This document shows positions 28,601 through 43,300 of a stretch of DNA of 64,000 bases, in pieces. The DNA lies in assembly GCA_964057225.1 (NCBI GenBank), contig OZ059900.1, forward strand, positions 25,048,001 to 25,112,000, read 5' to 3'. The stretch's first letter is position 1. Each line of letters begins with the position of its first letter. The notes under the pieces are model-generated. The model saw only the letters and a list, made by a program, of their open reading frames with translations, was not told the DNA's origin and ran no database searches. The position numbers and the translations under genes were made by a program. The stretch is from Auanema rhodensis (lineage: Eukaryota; Animalia; Nematoda).

Positions 28601-31600
28601 TTCCTTAATTTTCTAACCCCTGTTTTTTTGTCGTGAAAGTGGAACTAGACGTTGTACGAACAATTTTGAGCTAGGTTTCATTGACATTGCATGAGTTTGA
28701 ACACATGAAATCGTAAGTCAAAACCTTGTTTACAGCGAAATTTCCAAAAACTGGTTTTCCAGCATAATAAAATATTTCTCATGGGAAATAATGTGTTTTT
28801 GTATTTTTTTAGTGTTCAGCATGTAAAATGCGTCATTTTAGTATGTAAAACGCTGAAATTCGTTGCATTTGACGACTCATATGAACAAAAAGCGATTTAA
28901 TCAATATTAGCCATAAGGGGCGTGCCCTCAGAATATGCTAATTTCCTTAATTTTCTAACCCCTGTTTTTTTGTCGTGAAAGTGGAACTAGACGTTGTACG
29001 AACAATTTTGAGCTAGGTTTCATTGACATTGCATGAGTTTGAACACATGCAATCGTAAGTCAAAACCTTGTTTACAGCGAAATTTCCAAAAACTGGTTTT
29101 CCAGCATAATAAAATATTTCTCATGGGAAATACTGTGTTTTTGTATTTTTCTAGTGTTCAGCATGTAAAATGGTTCATTTTAGTATGTAACACGCTGAAA
29201 TTTGTTGCATTTGACGACTCATATGAACAAAAATCGATTTAATCAATATTAGCCATAAGGGGCGTGCCCTCAGAATATGCTAATTTCCTTAATTTTCTAA
29301 CCCCTGTTTTTTTGTCGTGAAAGTGGAACTAGACGTTGTACGAACAATTTTGAGCTAGGTTTCATTGACATTGCATGAGTTTGAACAAATGAAATCGTAA
29401 GTCAAAACCTTGTTTACATCGAAATTTCCAAAAACTGGTTTTCCAGCATAATAAAACATTTCTCATGGGAAATACTGTGTTTTTGTATTTTTTTAGTGTT
29501 CAGCATGTAAAATGCGTCATTTTAGTATGTAAAACGCTGAAATTCGTTGCATTTGACGACTCATATGAACAAAAATCGATTTTATCAATATTAGCCATAA
29601 GGGGCGTGCCCTCAGAATATGCTAATTTCCTTAATTTTCTAACCCCTGTTTTTTTGTCGTGAAAGTGGAACTAGACGTTGTACGAACAATTTTGAGCTAG
29701 GTTTCATTGACATTGCATGAGTTTGAACACATGCAATCGTAAGTCAAAACCTTGTTTACAGCGAAATTTCCAAAAACTGGTTTTCCAGCATAATAAAATA
29801 TTTCTCATGGGAAATACTGTGTTTTTGTATTTTTCTAGTGTTCAGCATGTAAAATGCTTCATTTTAGTATGTAACACGCTGAAATTTGTTGCATTTGACG
29901 ACTCATATGAACAAAAATCGATTTAATCAATATTAGCCATAAGGGGCGTGCCCTCAGAATATGCTAATTTCCTTAATTTTCTAACCCCTGTTTTTTTGTC
30001 GTGAAAGTGGAACTAGACGTTGTACGAACAATTTTGAGCTAGGTTTCATTGACATTGCATGAGTTTGAACACATGAAATCGTAAGTCAAAACCTTGTTTA
30101 CAGCGAAATTTCCAAAAACTGGTTTTCCAGCATAATAAAATATTTCTCATGGGAAATACTGTGTTTTTGTATTTTTTTAGTGTTCAGCATGTAAAATGCG
30201 TCATTTTAGTATGTAAAACGCTGAAATTCGTTGCATTTGACGACTCATATGAACAAAAAGCGATTTAATCAATATTAGCCATAAGGGGCGTGCCCTCAGA
30301 ATATGCTAATTTCCTTAATTTTCTAACCCCTGTTTTTTTGTCGTGAAAGTGGAACTAGACGTTGTACGAACAATTTTGAGCTAGGTTTCATTGACATTGC
30401 ATGAGTTTGAACAAATGAAATCGTAAGTCAAAACCTTGTTTACATCGAAATTTCCAAAAACTGGTTTTCCAGCATAATAAAACATTTCTCATGGGAAATA
30501 CTGTGTTTTTGTATTTTTTTAGTGTTCAGCATGTAAAATGCGTCATTTTAGTATGTAAAACGCTGAAATTCGTTGCATTTGACGACTCATATGAACAAAA
30601 ATCGATTTTATCAATATTAGCCATAAGGGGCGTGCCCTCAGAATATGCTAATTTCCTTAATTTTCTAACCCCTGTTTTTTTGTCGTGAAAGTGGAACTAG
30701 ACGTTGTACGAACAATTTTGAGCTAGGTTTCATTGACATTGCATGAGTTTGAACACATGCAATCGTAAGTCAAAACCTTGTTTACAGCGAAATTTCCAAA
30801 AACTGGTTTTCCAGCATAATAAAATATTTCTCATGGGAAATACTGTGTTTTTGTATTTTTCTAGTGTTCAGCATGTAAAATGCTTCATTTTAGTATGTAA
30901 CACGCTGAAATTTGTTGCATTTGACGACTCATATGAACAAAAATCGATTTAATCAATATTAGCCATAAGGGGCGTGCCCTCAGAATATGCTAATTTCCTT
31001 AATTTTCTAACCCCTGTTTTTTTGTCGTGAAAGTGGAACTAGACGTTGTACGAACAATTTTGAGCTAGGTTTCATTGACATTGCATGAGTTTGAACACAT
31101 GCAATCGTAAGTCAAAACCTTGTTTACAGCGAAATTTCCAAAAACTGGTTTTCCAGCATAATAAAATATTTCTCATGGGAAATACTGTGTTTTTGTATTT
31201 TTCTAGTGTTCAGCATGTAAAATGCTTCATTTTAGTATGTAACACGCTGAAATTTGTTGCATTTGACGACTCATATGAACAAAAATCGATTTAATCAATA
31301 TTAGCCATAAGGGGCGTGCCCTCAGAATATGCTAATTTCCTTAATTTTCTAACCCCTGTTTTTTTGTCGTGAAAGTGGAACTAGACGTTGTACGAACAAT
31401 TTTGAGCTAGGTTTCATTGACATTGCATGAGTTTGAACACATGAAATCGTAAGTCAAAACCTTGTTTACAGCGAAATTTCCAAAAACAGGTTTTCCAGCA
31501 TAATACAATATTTCTCATGGGAAATACTGTGTTTTTGTATTTTTCTAGTGTTCAGAATGTAGAATGCTTCATTTTAGTATGTAACACGCTGAAATTCGTT

Positions 31601-32147
31601 GCATTTGACGACTCATATGAACAAAAATCGATTTAATCAATATTAGCCATAAGGAGCGTGCCCTCAGAATATGCTAATTTCCTTAATTTTCTAACCCCTG
31701 TTTTTTTGTCGTGAAAGTGGAACTAGACGTTGTACGAACAATTTTGAGCTAGGTTTCATTGACATTGCATGAGTTTGAACACATGCAATCGTAAGTCAAA
31801 ACCTTGTTTACAGCGAAATTTCCAAAAACTGGTTTTCCAGCATAATAAAATATTTCTCATGGGAAATACTGTGTTTTTGTATTTTTCTAGTGTTCAGCAT
31901 GTAAAATGGTTCATTTTAGTATGTAACACGCTGAAATTTGTTGCATTTGACGACTCATATGAACAAAAATCGATTTAATCAATATTAGCCATAAGGGGCG
32001 TGCCCTCAGAATATGCTAATTTCCTTAATTTTCTAACCCCTGTTTTTTTGTCGTGAAAGTGGAACTAGACGTTGTACGAACAATTTTGAGCTAGGTTTCA
32101 TTGACATTGCATGAGTTTGAACAAATGAAATCGTAAGTCAAAACCTT

Positions 32148-35100
32148 GTTTACATCGAAATTTCCAAAAACTGGTTTTCCAGCATAATAAAACATTTCTC
32201 ATGGGAAATACTGTGTTTTTGTATTTTTTTAGTGTTCAGCATGTAAAATGCGTCATTTTAGTATGTAAAACGCTGAAATTCGTTGCATTTGACGACTCAT
32301 ATGAACAAAAATCGATTTTATCAATATTAGCCATAAGGGGCGTGCCCTCAGAATATGCTAATTTCCTTAATTTTCTAACCCCTGTTTTTTTGTCGTGAAA
32401 GTGGAACTAGACGTTGTACGAACAATTTTGAGCTAGGTTTCATTGACATTGCATGAGTTTGAACACATGCAATCGTAAGTCAAAACCTTGTTTACAGCGA
32501 AATTTCCAAAAACTGGTTTTCCAGCATAATAAAATATTTCTCATGGGAAATACTGTGTTTTTGTATTTTTCTAGTGTTCAGCATGTAAAATGCTTCATTT
32601 TAGTATGTAACACGCTGAAATTTGTTGCATTTGACGACTCATATGAACAAAAATCGATTTAATCAATATTAGCCATAAGGGGCGTGCCCTCAGAATATGC
32701 TAATTTCCTTAATTTTCTAACCCCTGTTTTTTTGTCGTGAAAGTGGAACTAGACGTTGTACGAACAATTTTGAGCTAGGTTTCATTGACATTGCATGAGT
32801 TTGAACAAATGAAATCGTAAGTCAAAACCTTGTTTACATCGAAATTTCCAAAAACTGGTTTTCCAGCATAATAAAATATTTCTCATGGGAAATACTGTGT
32901 TTTTGTATTTTTTTAGTGTTCAGCATGTAAAATGCGTCATGTTAGTATGTAAAACGCTGAAATTCGTTGCATTTGACGACTCATATGAACAAAAATCGAT
33001 TTTATCAATATTAGCCATAAGGGGCGTGCCCTCAGAATATGCTAATTTCCTTAATTTTCTAACCCCTGTTTTTTTGTTGTGAAAGTGGAACTAGACGTTG
33101 TACGAACAATTTTGAGCTAGGTTTCATTGACATTGCATGAGTTTGAACACATGCAATCGTAAGTCAAAACCTTGTTTACAGCGAAATTTCCAAAAACTGG
33201 TTTTCCAGCATAATAAAATATTTCTCATGGGAAAAACTGTGTTTTTGTATTTTTCTAGTGTTCAGCATGTAAAATGCTTTATTTTAATATGTAACACGCT
33301 GAAATTCGTTGCATTTGACGACTCATATGAACAAAAATCGATTTAATCAATATTAGCCATAAGGGGCGTGCCCTCAGAATATGCTAATTTCCTTAATTTT
33401 CTAACCCCTGTTTTTTTGTCGTGAAAGTGGAACTAGACGTTGTACGAACAATTTTGAGCTAGGTTTCATTGACATTGCATGAGTTTGAACACATGAAATC
33501 GTAAGTCAAAACCTTGTTTACAGCGAAATTTCCAAAAACTGGTTTTCCAGCATAATAAAATATTTCTCATGGGAAATACTGTGTTTTTATATTTTTCTAG
33601 TGTTCAGCATGTAAAATGCTTCATTTTAGTATGTAACACGCTGAAATTCGTTGCATTTGACGACTCATATGAACAAAAATTGATTTAATCAATATTAGCC
33701 ATAAGGGGCGTGCCCTCAGAATATGCTAATTTCCTTAATTTTCTAACCCCTGTTTTTTTGTCGTGAAAGTGGAACTAGACGTTGTACGAACAATTTTAAG
33801 CTAGGTTTCATTGACATTGCATGAGTTTGAACACATGCAATCGTAAGTCAAAACCTTGTTTACAGCGAAATTTCCAAAAACTGGTTTTCCAGCATAATAA
33901 AATATTTCTCATGGGAAAAACTGTGTTTTTGTATTTTTCTAGTGTTCAGCATGTAAAATGCTTTATTTTAATATGTAACACGCTGAAATTCGTTGCATTT
34001 GACGACTCATATGAACAAAAATCGATTTAATCAATATTAGCCATAAGGGGCGTGCCCTCAGAATATGCTAATTTCCTTAATTTTCTAACCCCCGTTTTTT
34101 TGTCTTGAAAGTGGAACTAGACGTTGTACGAACAATTTTGAGCTAGGTTTCATTGACATTGCATGAGTTTGAACACATGAAATCGTAAGTCAAAACCTTG
34201 TTTACAGCGAAATTTCCAAAAACTGGTTTTCCAGCATAATACAATATTTCTCATGGGAAATACTGTGTTTTTATATTTTTCTAGTGTTCAGCATGTAAAA
34301 TGCTTCATTTTAGTATGTAACACGCTGAAATTCGTTGCATTTGACGACTCATATGAACAAAAATCGATTTTATCAATATTAGCCATAAGGGGCGTGCCCT
34401 CAGAATATGCTAATTTCCTTAATTTTCTAACCCCCGTTTTTTTGTCTTGAAAGTGGAACTAGACGTTGTACGAACAATTTTGAGCTAGGTTTCATTGACA
34501 TTGCATGAGTTTGAACACATGAAATCGTAAGTCAAAACCTTGTTTACAGCGAAATTTCCAAAAACTGGTTTTCCAGCATAATACAATATTTCTCATGGGA
34601 AATACTGTGTTTTTATATTTTTCTAGTGTTCAGCATGTAAAATGCTTCATTTTAGTATGTAACACGCTGAAATTCGTTGCATTTGACGACTCATATGAAC
34701 AAAAATCGATTTTATCAATATTAGCCATAAGGGGCGTGCCCTCAGAATATGCTAATTTCCTTAATTTTCTAACCCCTGTTTTTTTGTCGTGAAAGTGGAA
34801 CTAGACGTTGTACGAACAGTTTTGAGCTAGGTTTCATTGACATTGCATGAGTTTGAACACATGAAATCGTAAGTCAAAACCTTGTTTACAGCGAAATTTC
34901 CAAAAACTGGTTTTCCAGCATAATAAAATATTTCTCATGGGAAATACTGTGTTTTTGTATTTTTTCAGTGTTCAGCATGTAAAATGCTTCATTTTAGTAT
35001 GTAACACGCTGAAATTCGTTGCATTTGACGACTCATATGAACAAAAATCGATTTAATCAATATTAGCCATAAGGGGCGTGCCCTCAGAATATGCTAATTT

Positions 35101-38100
35101 CCTTAATTTTCTAACCCCTGTTTTTTTGTCGTGAAAGTGGAACTAGACGTTGTACGAACAATTTTGAGCTAGGTTTCATTGACATTGCATGAGTTTGAAC
35201 ACATGAAATCGTAAGTCAAAACCTTGTTTACAGCGAAATTTCCAAAAACTGGTTTTCCAGCATAATAAAATATTTCTCATGGGAAATACTGTGTTTTTGT
35301 ATTTTTTTAGTGTTCAGCATGTAAAATGCGTCATTTTAGTATGTAAAACGCTGAAATTCGTTGCATTTGACGACTCATATGAACAAAAATCGATTTTATC
35401 AATATTAGCCATAAGGGGCGTGCCCTCAGAATATGCTAATTTCCTTAATTTTCTAACCCCTGTTTTTTTGTCGTGAAAGTGGAACTAGACGTTGTACGAA
35501 CAATTTTGAGCTAGGTTTCATTGACATTGCATGAGTTTGAACACATGAAATCGTAAGTCAAAACCTTGTTTACAGCGAAATTTCCAAAAACTGGTTTTCC
35601 AGCATAATACAATATTTCTCATGGGAAATACTGTGTTTTTATATTTTTCTAGTGTTCAGCATGTAAAATGCTTCATTTTAGTATGTAACACGCTGAAATT
35701 CGTTGCATTTGACGACTCATATGAACAAAAATCGATTTTATCAATATTAGCCATAAGGGGCGTGCCCTCAGAATATGCTAATTTCCTTAATTTTCTAACC
35801 CCTGTTTTTTTGTCGTGAAAGTGGAACTAGACGTTGTACGAACAATTTTGAGCTAGGTTTCATTGACATTGCATGAGTTTGAACACATGAAATCGTAAGT
35901 CAAAACCTTGTTTACAGCGAAATTTCCAAAAACTGGTTTTCCAGCATAATAAAATATTTCTCATGGGAAATACTGTGTTTTTATATTTTTCTAGTGTTCA
36001 GCATGTAAAATGCTTCATTTTAGTATGTAACACGCTGAAATTCGTTGCATTTGACGACTCATATGAACAAAAATCGATTTAATCAATATTAGCCATAAGG
36101 GGCGTGCCCTCAGAATATGCTAATTTCCTTAATTTTCTAACCCCTGTTTTTTTGTCGTGAAAGTGGAACTAGACGTTGTACGAACAATTTTGAGCTAGGT
36201 TTCATTGACATTGCATGAGTTTGAACAAATGAAATCGTAAGTCAAAACCTTGTTTACATCGAAATTTCCAAAAACTGGTTTTCCAGCATAATAAAACATT
36301 TCTCATGGGAAATACTGTGTTTTTGTATTTTTTTAGTGTTCAGCATGTAAAATGCGTCATTTTAGTATGTAAAACGCTGAAATTCGTTGCATTTGACGAC
36401 TCATATGAACAAAAATCGATTTTATCAATATTAGCCATAAGGGGCGTGCCCTCAGAATATGCTAATTTCCTTAATTTTCTAACCCCTGTTTTTTTGTCGT
36501 GAAAGTGGAACTAGACGTTGTACGAACAATTTTGAGCTAGGTTTCATTGACATTGCATGAGTTTGAACACATGCAATCGTAAGTCAAAACCTTGTTTACA
36601 GCGAAATTTCCAAAAACTGGTTTTCCAGCATAATAAAATATTTCTCATGGGAAATACTGTGTTTTTGTATTTTTCTAGTGTTCAGCATGTAAAATGCTTC
36701 ATTTTAGTATGTAACACGCTGAAATTTGTTGCATTTGACGACTCATATGAACAAAAATCGATTTAATCAATATTAGCCATAAGGGGCGTGCCCTCAGAAT
36801 ATGCTAATTTCCTTAATTTTCTAACCCCTGTTTTTTTGTCGTGAAAGTGGAACTAGACGTTGTACGAACAATTTTGAGCTAGGTTTCATTGACATTGCAT
36901 GAGTTTGAACAAATGAAATCGTAAGTCAAAACCTTGTTTACATCGAAATTTCCAAAAACTGGTTTTCCAGCATAATAAAATATTTCTCATGGGAAATACT
37001 GTGTTTTTGTATTTTTTTAGTGTTCAGCATGTAAAATGCGTCATGTTAGTATGTAAAACGCTGAAATTCGTTGCATTTGACGACTCATATGAACAAAAAT
37101 CGATTTTATCAATATTAGCCATAAGGGGCGTGCCCTCAGAATATGCTAATTTCCTTAATTTTCTAACCCCTGTTTTTTTGTTGTGAAAGTGGAACTAGAC
37201 GTTGTACGAACAATTTTGAGCTAGGTTTCATTGACATTGCATGAGTTTGAACACATGCAATCGTAAGTCAAAACCTTGTTTACAGCGAAATTTCCAAAAA
37301 CTGGTTTTCCAGCATAATAAAATATTTCTCATGGGAAAAACTGTGTTTTTGTATTTTTCTAGTGTTCAGCATGTAAAATGCTTTATTTTAATATGTAACA
37401 CGCTGAAATTCGTTGCATTTGACGACTCATATGAACAAAAATCGATTTAATCAATATTAGCCATAAGGGGCGTGCCCTCAGAATATGCTAATTTCCTTAA
37501 TTTTCTAACCCCTGTTTTTTTGTCGTGAAAGTGGAACTAGACGTTGTACGAACAATTTTGAGCTAGGTTTCATTGACATTGCATGAGTTTGAACACATGA
37601 AATCGTAAGTCAAAACCTTGTTTACAGCGAAATTTCCAAAAACTGGTTTTCCAGCATAATAAAATATTTCTCATGGGAAATACTGTGTTTTTATATTTTT
37701 CTAGTGTTCAGCATGTAAAATGCTTCATTTTAGTATGTAACACGCTGAAATTCGTTGCATTTGACGACTCATATGAACAAAAATTGATTTAATCAATATT
37801 AGCCATAAGGGGCGTGCCCTCAGAATATGCTAATTTCCTTAATTTTCTAACCCCTGTTTTTTTGTCGTGAAAGTGGAACTAGACGTTGTACGAACAATTT
37901 TAAGCTAGGTTTCATTGACATTGCATGAGTTTGAACACATGCAATCGTAAGTCAAAACCTTGTTTACAGCGAAATTTCCAAAAACTGGTTTTCCAGCATA
38001 ATAAAATATTTCTCATGGGAAAAACTGTGTTTTTGTATTTTTCTAGTGTTCAGCATGTAAAATGCTTTATTTTAATATGTAACACGCTGAAATTCGTTGC

Positions 38101-38645
38101 ATTTGACGACTCATATGAACAAAAATCGATTTAATCAATATTAGCCATAAGGGGCGTGCCCTCAGAATATGCTAATTTCCTTAATTTTCTAACCCCCGTT
38201 TTTTTGTCTTGAAAGTGGAACTAGACGTTGTACGAACAATTTTGAGCTAGGTTTCATTGACATTGCATGAGTTTGAACACATGAAATCGTAAGTCAAAAC
38301 CTTGTTTACAGCGAAATTTCCAAAAACTGGTTTTCCAGCATAATACAATATTTCTCATGGGAAATACTGTGTTTTTATATTTTTCTAGTGTTCAGCATGT
38401 AAAATGCTTCATTTTAGTATGTAACACGCTGAAATTCGTTGCATTTGACGACTCATATGAACAAAAATCGATTTTATCAATATTAGCCATAAGGGGCGTG
38501 CCCTCAGAATATGCTAATTTCCTTAATTTTCTAACCCCCGTTTTTTTGTCTTGAAAGTGGAACTAGACGTTGTACGAACAATTTTGAGCTAGGTTTCATT
38601 GACATTGCATGAGTTTGAACACATGAAATCGTAAGTCAAAACCTT
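32148..38645. repeat. 12-mer (4104-bp) duplication
   Basis: The same variant order recurs at offset 4104: ORF variants 32201/36305, 32453/36557, 32885/36989, 33137/37241, 33821/37925, 34253/38357. Confidence 0.88.
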
Positions 38646-40355
38646 GTTTACAGCGAAATTTCCAAAAACTGGTTTTCCAGCATAATACAATATTTCTCAT
38701 GGGAAATACTGTGTTTTTGTATTTTTTTAGTGTTCAGCATGTAAAATGCGTCATGTTAGTATGTAAAACGCTGAAATTCGTTGCATTTGACGACTCATAT
38801 GAACAAAAATCGATTTTATCAATATTAGCCATAAGGGGCGTGCCCTCAGAATATGCTAATTTCCTTAATTTTCTAACCCCTGTTTTTTTGTTGTGAAAGT
38901 GGAACTAGACGTTGTACGAACAATTTTGAGCTAGGTTTCATTGACATTGCATGAGTTTGAACACATGCAATCGTAAGTCAAAACCTTGTTTACAGCGAAA
39001 TTTCCAAAAACTGGTTTTCCAGCATAATAAAATATTTCTCATGGGAAAAACTGTGTTTTTGTATTTTTCTAGTGTTCAGCATGTAAAATGCTTTATTTTA
39101 ATATGTAACACGCTGAAATTCGTTGCATTTGACGACTCATATGAACAAAAATCGATTTAATCAATATTAGCCATAAGGGGCGTGCCCTCAGAATATGCTA
39201 ATTTCCTTAATTTTCTAACCCCTGTTTTTTTGTCGTGAAAGTGGAACTAGACGTTGTACGAACAATTTTGAGCTAGGTTTCATTGACATTGCATGAGTTT
39301 GAACACATGAAATCGTAAGTCAAAACCTTGTTTACAGCGAAATTTCCAAAAACTGGTTTTCCAGCATAATAAAATATTTCTCATGGGAAATACTGTGTTT
39401 TTATATTTTTCTAGTGTTCAGCATGTAAAATGCTTCATTTTAGTATGTAACACGCTGAAATTCGTTGCATTTGACGACTCATATGAACAAAAATTGATTT
39501 AATCAATATTAGCCATAAGGGGCGTGCCCTCAGAATATGCTAATTTCCTTAATTTTCTAACCCCTGTTTTTTTGTCGTGAAAGTGGAACTAGACGTTGTA
39601 CGAACAATTTTAAGCTAGGTTTCATTGACATTGCATGAGTTTGAACACATGCAATCGTAAGTCAAAACCTTGTTTACAGCGAAATTTCCAAAAACTGGTT
39701 TTCCAGCATAATAAAATATTTCTCATGGGAAAAACTGTGTTTTTGTATTTTTCTAGTGTTCAGCATGTAAAATGCTTTATTTTAATATGTAACACGCTGA
39801 AATTCGTTGCATTTGACGACTCATATGAACAAAAATCGATTTAATCAATATTAGCCATAAGGGGCGTGCCCTCAGAATATGCTAATTTCCTTAATTTTCT
39901 AACCCCCGTTTTTTTGTCTTGAAAGTGGAACTAGACGTTGTACGAACAATTTTGAGCTAGGTTTCATTGACATTGCATGAGTTTGAACACATGAAATCGT
40001 AAGTCAAAACCTTGTTTACAGCGAAATTTCCAAAAACTGGTTTTCCAGCATAATACAATATTTCTCATGGGAAATACTGTGTTTTTATATTTTTCTAGTG
40101 TTCAGCATGTAAAATGCTTCATTTTAGTATGTAACACGCTGAAATTCGTTGCATTTGACGACTCATATGAACAAAAATCGATTTTATCAATATTAGCCAT
40201 AAGGGGCGTGCCCTCAGAATATGCTAATTTCCTTAATTTTCTAACCCCCGTTTTTTTGTCTTGAAAGTGGAACTAGACGTTGTACGAACAATTTTGAGCT
40301 AGGTTTCATTGACATTGCATGAGTTTGAACACATGAAATCGTAAGTCAAAACCTT
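36936..40355. repeat. 5-mer (1710-bp) tandem duplication nested in the second 12-mer copy
   Basis: Offset 1710: 36989/38699, 37241/38951, 37925/39635, 38357/40067. Downstream markers then resume at offset 17 monomers (34595/40409, 35279/41093). Confidence 0.88.
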
Positions 40356-43300
40356 GTTTACAGCGAAATTTCCAAAAACTGGTTTTCCAGCATAATACAA
40401 TATTTCTCATGGGAAATACTGTGTTTTTATATTTTTCTAGTGTTCAGCATGTAAAATGCTTCATTTTAGTATGTAACACGCTGAAATTCGTTGCATTTGA
40501 CGACTCATATGAACAAAAATCGATTTTATCAATATTAGCCATAAGGGGCGTGCCCTCAGAATATGCTAATTTCCTTAATTTTCTAACCCCTGTTTTTTTG
40601 TCGTGAAAGTGGAACTAGACGTTGTACGAACAGTTTTGAGCTAGGTTTCATTGACATTGCATGAGTTTGAACACATGAAATCGTAAGTCAAAACCTTGTT
40701 TACAGCGAAATTTCCAAAAACTGGTTTTCCAGCATAATAAAATATTTCTCATGGGAAATACTGTGTTTTTGTATTTTTTCAGTGTTCAGCATGTAAAATG
40801 CTTCATTTTAGTATGTAACACGCTGAAATTCGTTGCATTTGACGACTCATATGAACAAAAATCGATTTAATCAATATTAGCCATAAGGGGCGTGCCCTCA
40901 GAATATGCTAATTTCCTTAATTTTCTAACCCCTGTTTTTTTGTCGTGAAAGTGGAACTAGACGTTGTACGAACAATTTTGAGCTAGGTTTCATTGACATT
41001 GCATGAGTTTGAACACATGAAATCGTAAGTCAAAACCTTGTTTACAGCGAAATTTCCAAAAACTGGTTTTCCAGCATAATAAAATATTTCTCATGGGAAA
41101 TACTGTGTTTTTGTATTTTTTTAGTGTTCAGCATGTAAAATGCGTCATTTTAGTATGTAAAACGCTGAAATTCGTTGCATTTGACGACTCATATGAACAA
41201 AAATCGATTTTATCAATATTAGCCATAAGGGGCGTGCCCTCAGAATATGCTAATTTCCTTAATTTTCTAACCCCTGTTTTTTTGTCGTGAAAGTGGAACT
41301 AGACGTTGTACGAACAATTTTAAGCTAGGTTTCATTGACATTGCATGAGTTTGAACACATGCAATCGTAAGTCAAAACCTTGTTTACAGCGAAATTTCCA
41401 AAAACTGGTTTTCCAGCATAATAAAATATTTCTCATGGGAAAAACTGTGTTTTTGTATTTTTCTAGTGTTCAGCATGTAAAATGCTTTATTTTAATATGT
41501 AACACGCTGAAATTCGTTGCATTTGACGACTCATATGAACAAAAATCGATTTAATCAATATTAGCCATAAGGGGCGTGCCCTCAGAATATGCTAATTTCC
41601 TTAATTTTCTAACCCCCGTTTTTTTGTCTTGAAAGTGGAACTAGACGTTGTACGAACAATTTTGAGCTAGGTTTCATTGACATTGCATGAGTTTGAACAC
41701 ATGAAATCGTAAGTCAAAACCTTGTTTACAGCGAAATTTCCAAAAACTGGTTTTCCAGCATAATACAATATTTCTCATGGGAAATACTGTGTTTTTATAT
41801 TTTTCTAGTGTTCAGCATGTAAAATGCTTCATTTTAGTATGTAACACGCTGAAATTCGTTGCATTTGACGACTCATATGAACAAAAATCGATTTTATCAA
41901 TATTAGCCATAAGGGGCGTGCCCTCAGAATATGCTAATTTCCTTAATTTTCTAACCCCCGTTTTTTTGTCTTGAAAGTGGAACTAGACGTTGTACGAACA
42001 ATTTTGAGCTAGGTTTCATTGACATTGCATGAGTTTGAACACATGAAATCGTAAGTCAAAACCTTGTTTACAGCGAAATTTCCAAAAACTGGTTTTCCAG
42101 CATAATACAATATTTCTCATGGGAAATACTGTGTTTTTATATTTTTCTAGTGTTCAGCATGTAAAATGCTTCATTTTAGTATGTAACACGCTGAAATTCG
42201 TTGCATTTGACGACTCATATGAACAAAAATCGATTTTATCAATATTAGCCATAAGGGGCGTGCCCTCAGAATATGCTAATTTCCTTAATTTTCTAACCCC
42301 TGTTTTTTTGTCGTGAAAGTGGAACTAGACGTTGTACGAACAATTTTGAGCTAGGTTTCATTGACATTGCATGAGTTTGAACACATGAAATCGTAAGTCA
42401 AAACCTTGTTTACAGCGAAATTTCCAAAAACTGGTTTTCCAGCATAATACAATATTTCTCATGGGAAATACTGTGTTTTTATATTTTTCTAGTGTTCAGC
42501 ATGTAAAATGCTTCATTTTAGTATGTAACACGCTGAAATTCGTTGCATTTGACGACTCATATGAACAAAAATCGATTTTATCAATATTAGCCATAAGGGG
42601 CGTGCCCTCAGAATATGCTAATTTCCTTAATTTTCTAACCCCTGTTTTTTTGTCGTGAAAGTGGAACTAGACGTTGTACGAACAATTTTGAGCTAGGTTT
42701 CATTGACATTGCATGAGTTTGAACACATGAAATCGTAAGTCAAAACCTTGTTTACAGCGAAATTTCCAAAAACTGGTTTTCCAGCATAATAAAATATTTC
42801 TCATGGGAAATACTGTGTTTTTATATTTTTCTAGTGTTCAGCATGTAAAATGCTTCATTTTAGTATGTAACACGCTGAAATTCGTTGCATTTGACGACTC
42901 ATATGAACAAAAATTGATTTAATCAATATTAGCCATAAGGGGCGTGCCCTCAGAATATGCTAATTTCCTTAATTTTCTAACCCCTGTTTTTTTGTCGTGA
43001 AAGTGGAACTAGACGTTGTACGAACAATTTTAAGCTAGGTTTCATTGACATTGCATGAGTTTGAACACATGCAATCGTAAGTCAAAACCTTGTTTACAGC
43101 GAAATTTCCAAAAACTGGTTTTCCAGCATAATAAAATATTTCTCATGGGAAAAACTGTGTTTTTGTATTTTTCTAGTGTTCAGCATGTAAAATGCTTTAT
43201 TTTAATATGTAACACGCTGAAATTCGTTGCATTTGACGACTCATATGAACAAAAATCGATTTAATCAATATTAGCCATAAGGGGCGTGCCCTCAGAATAT

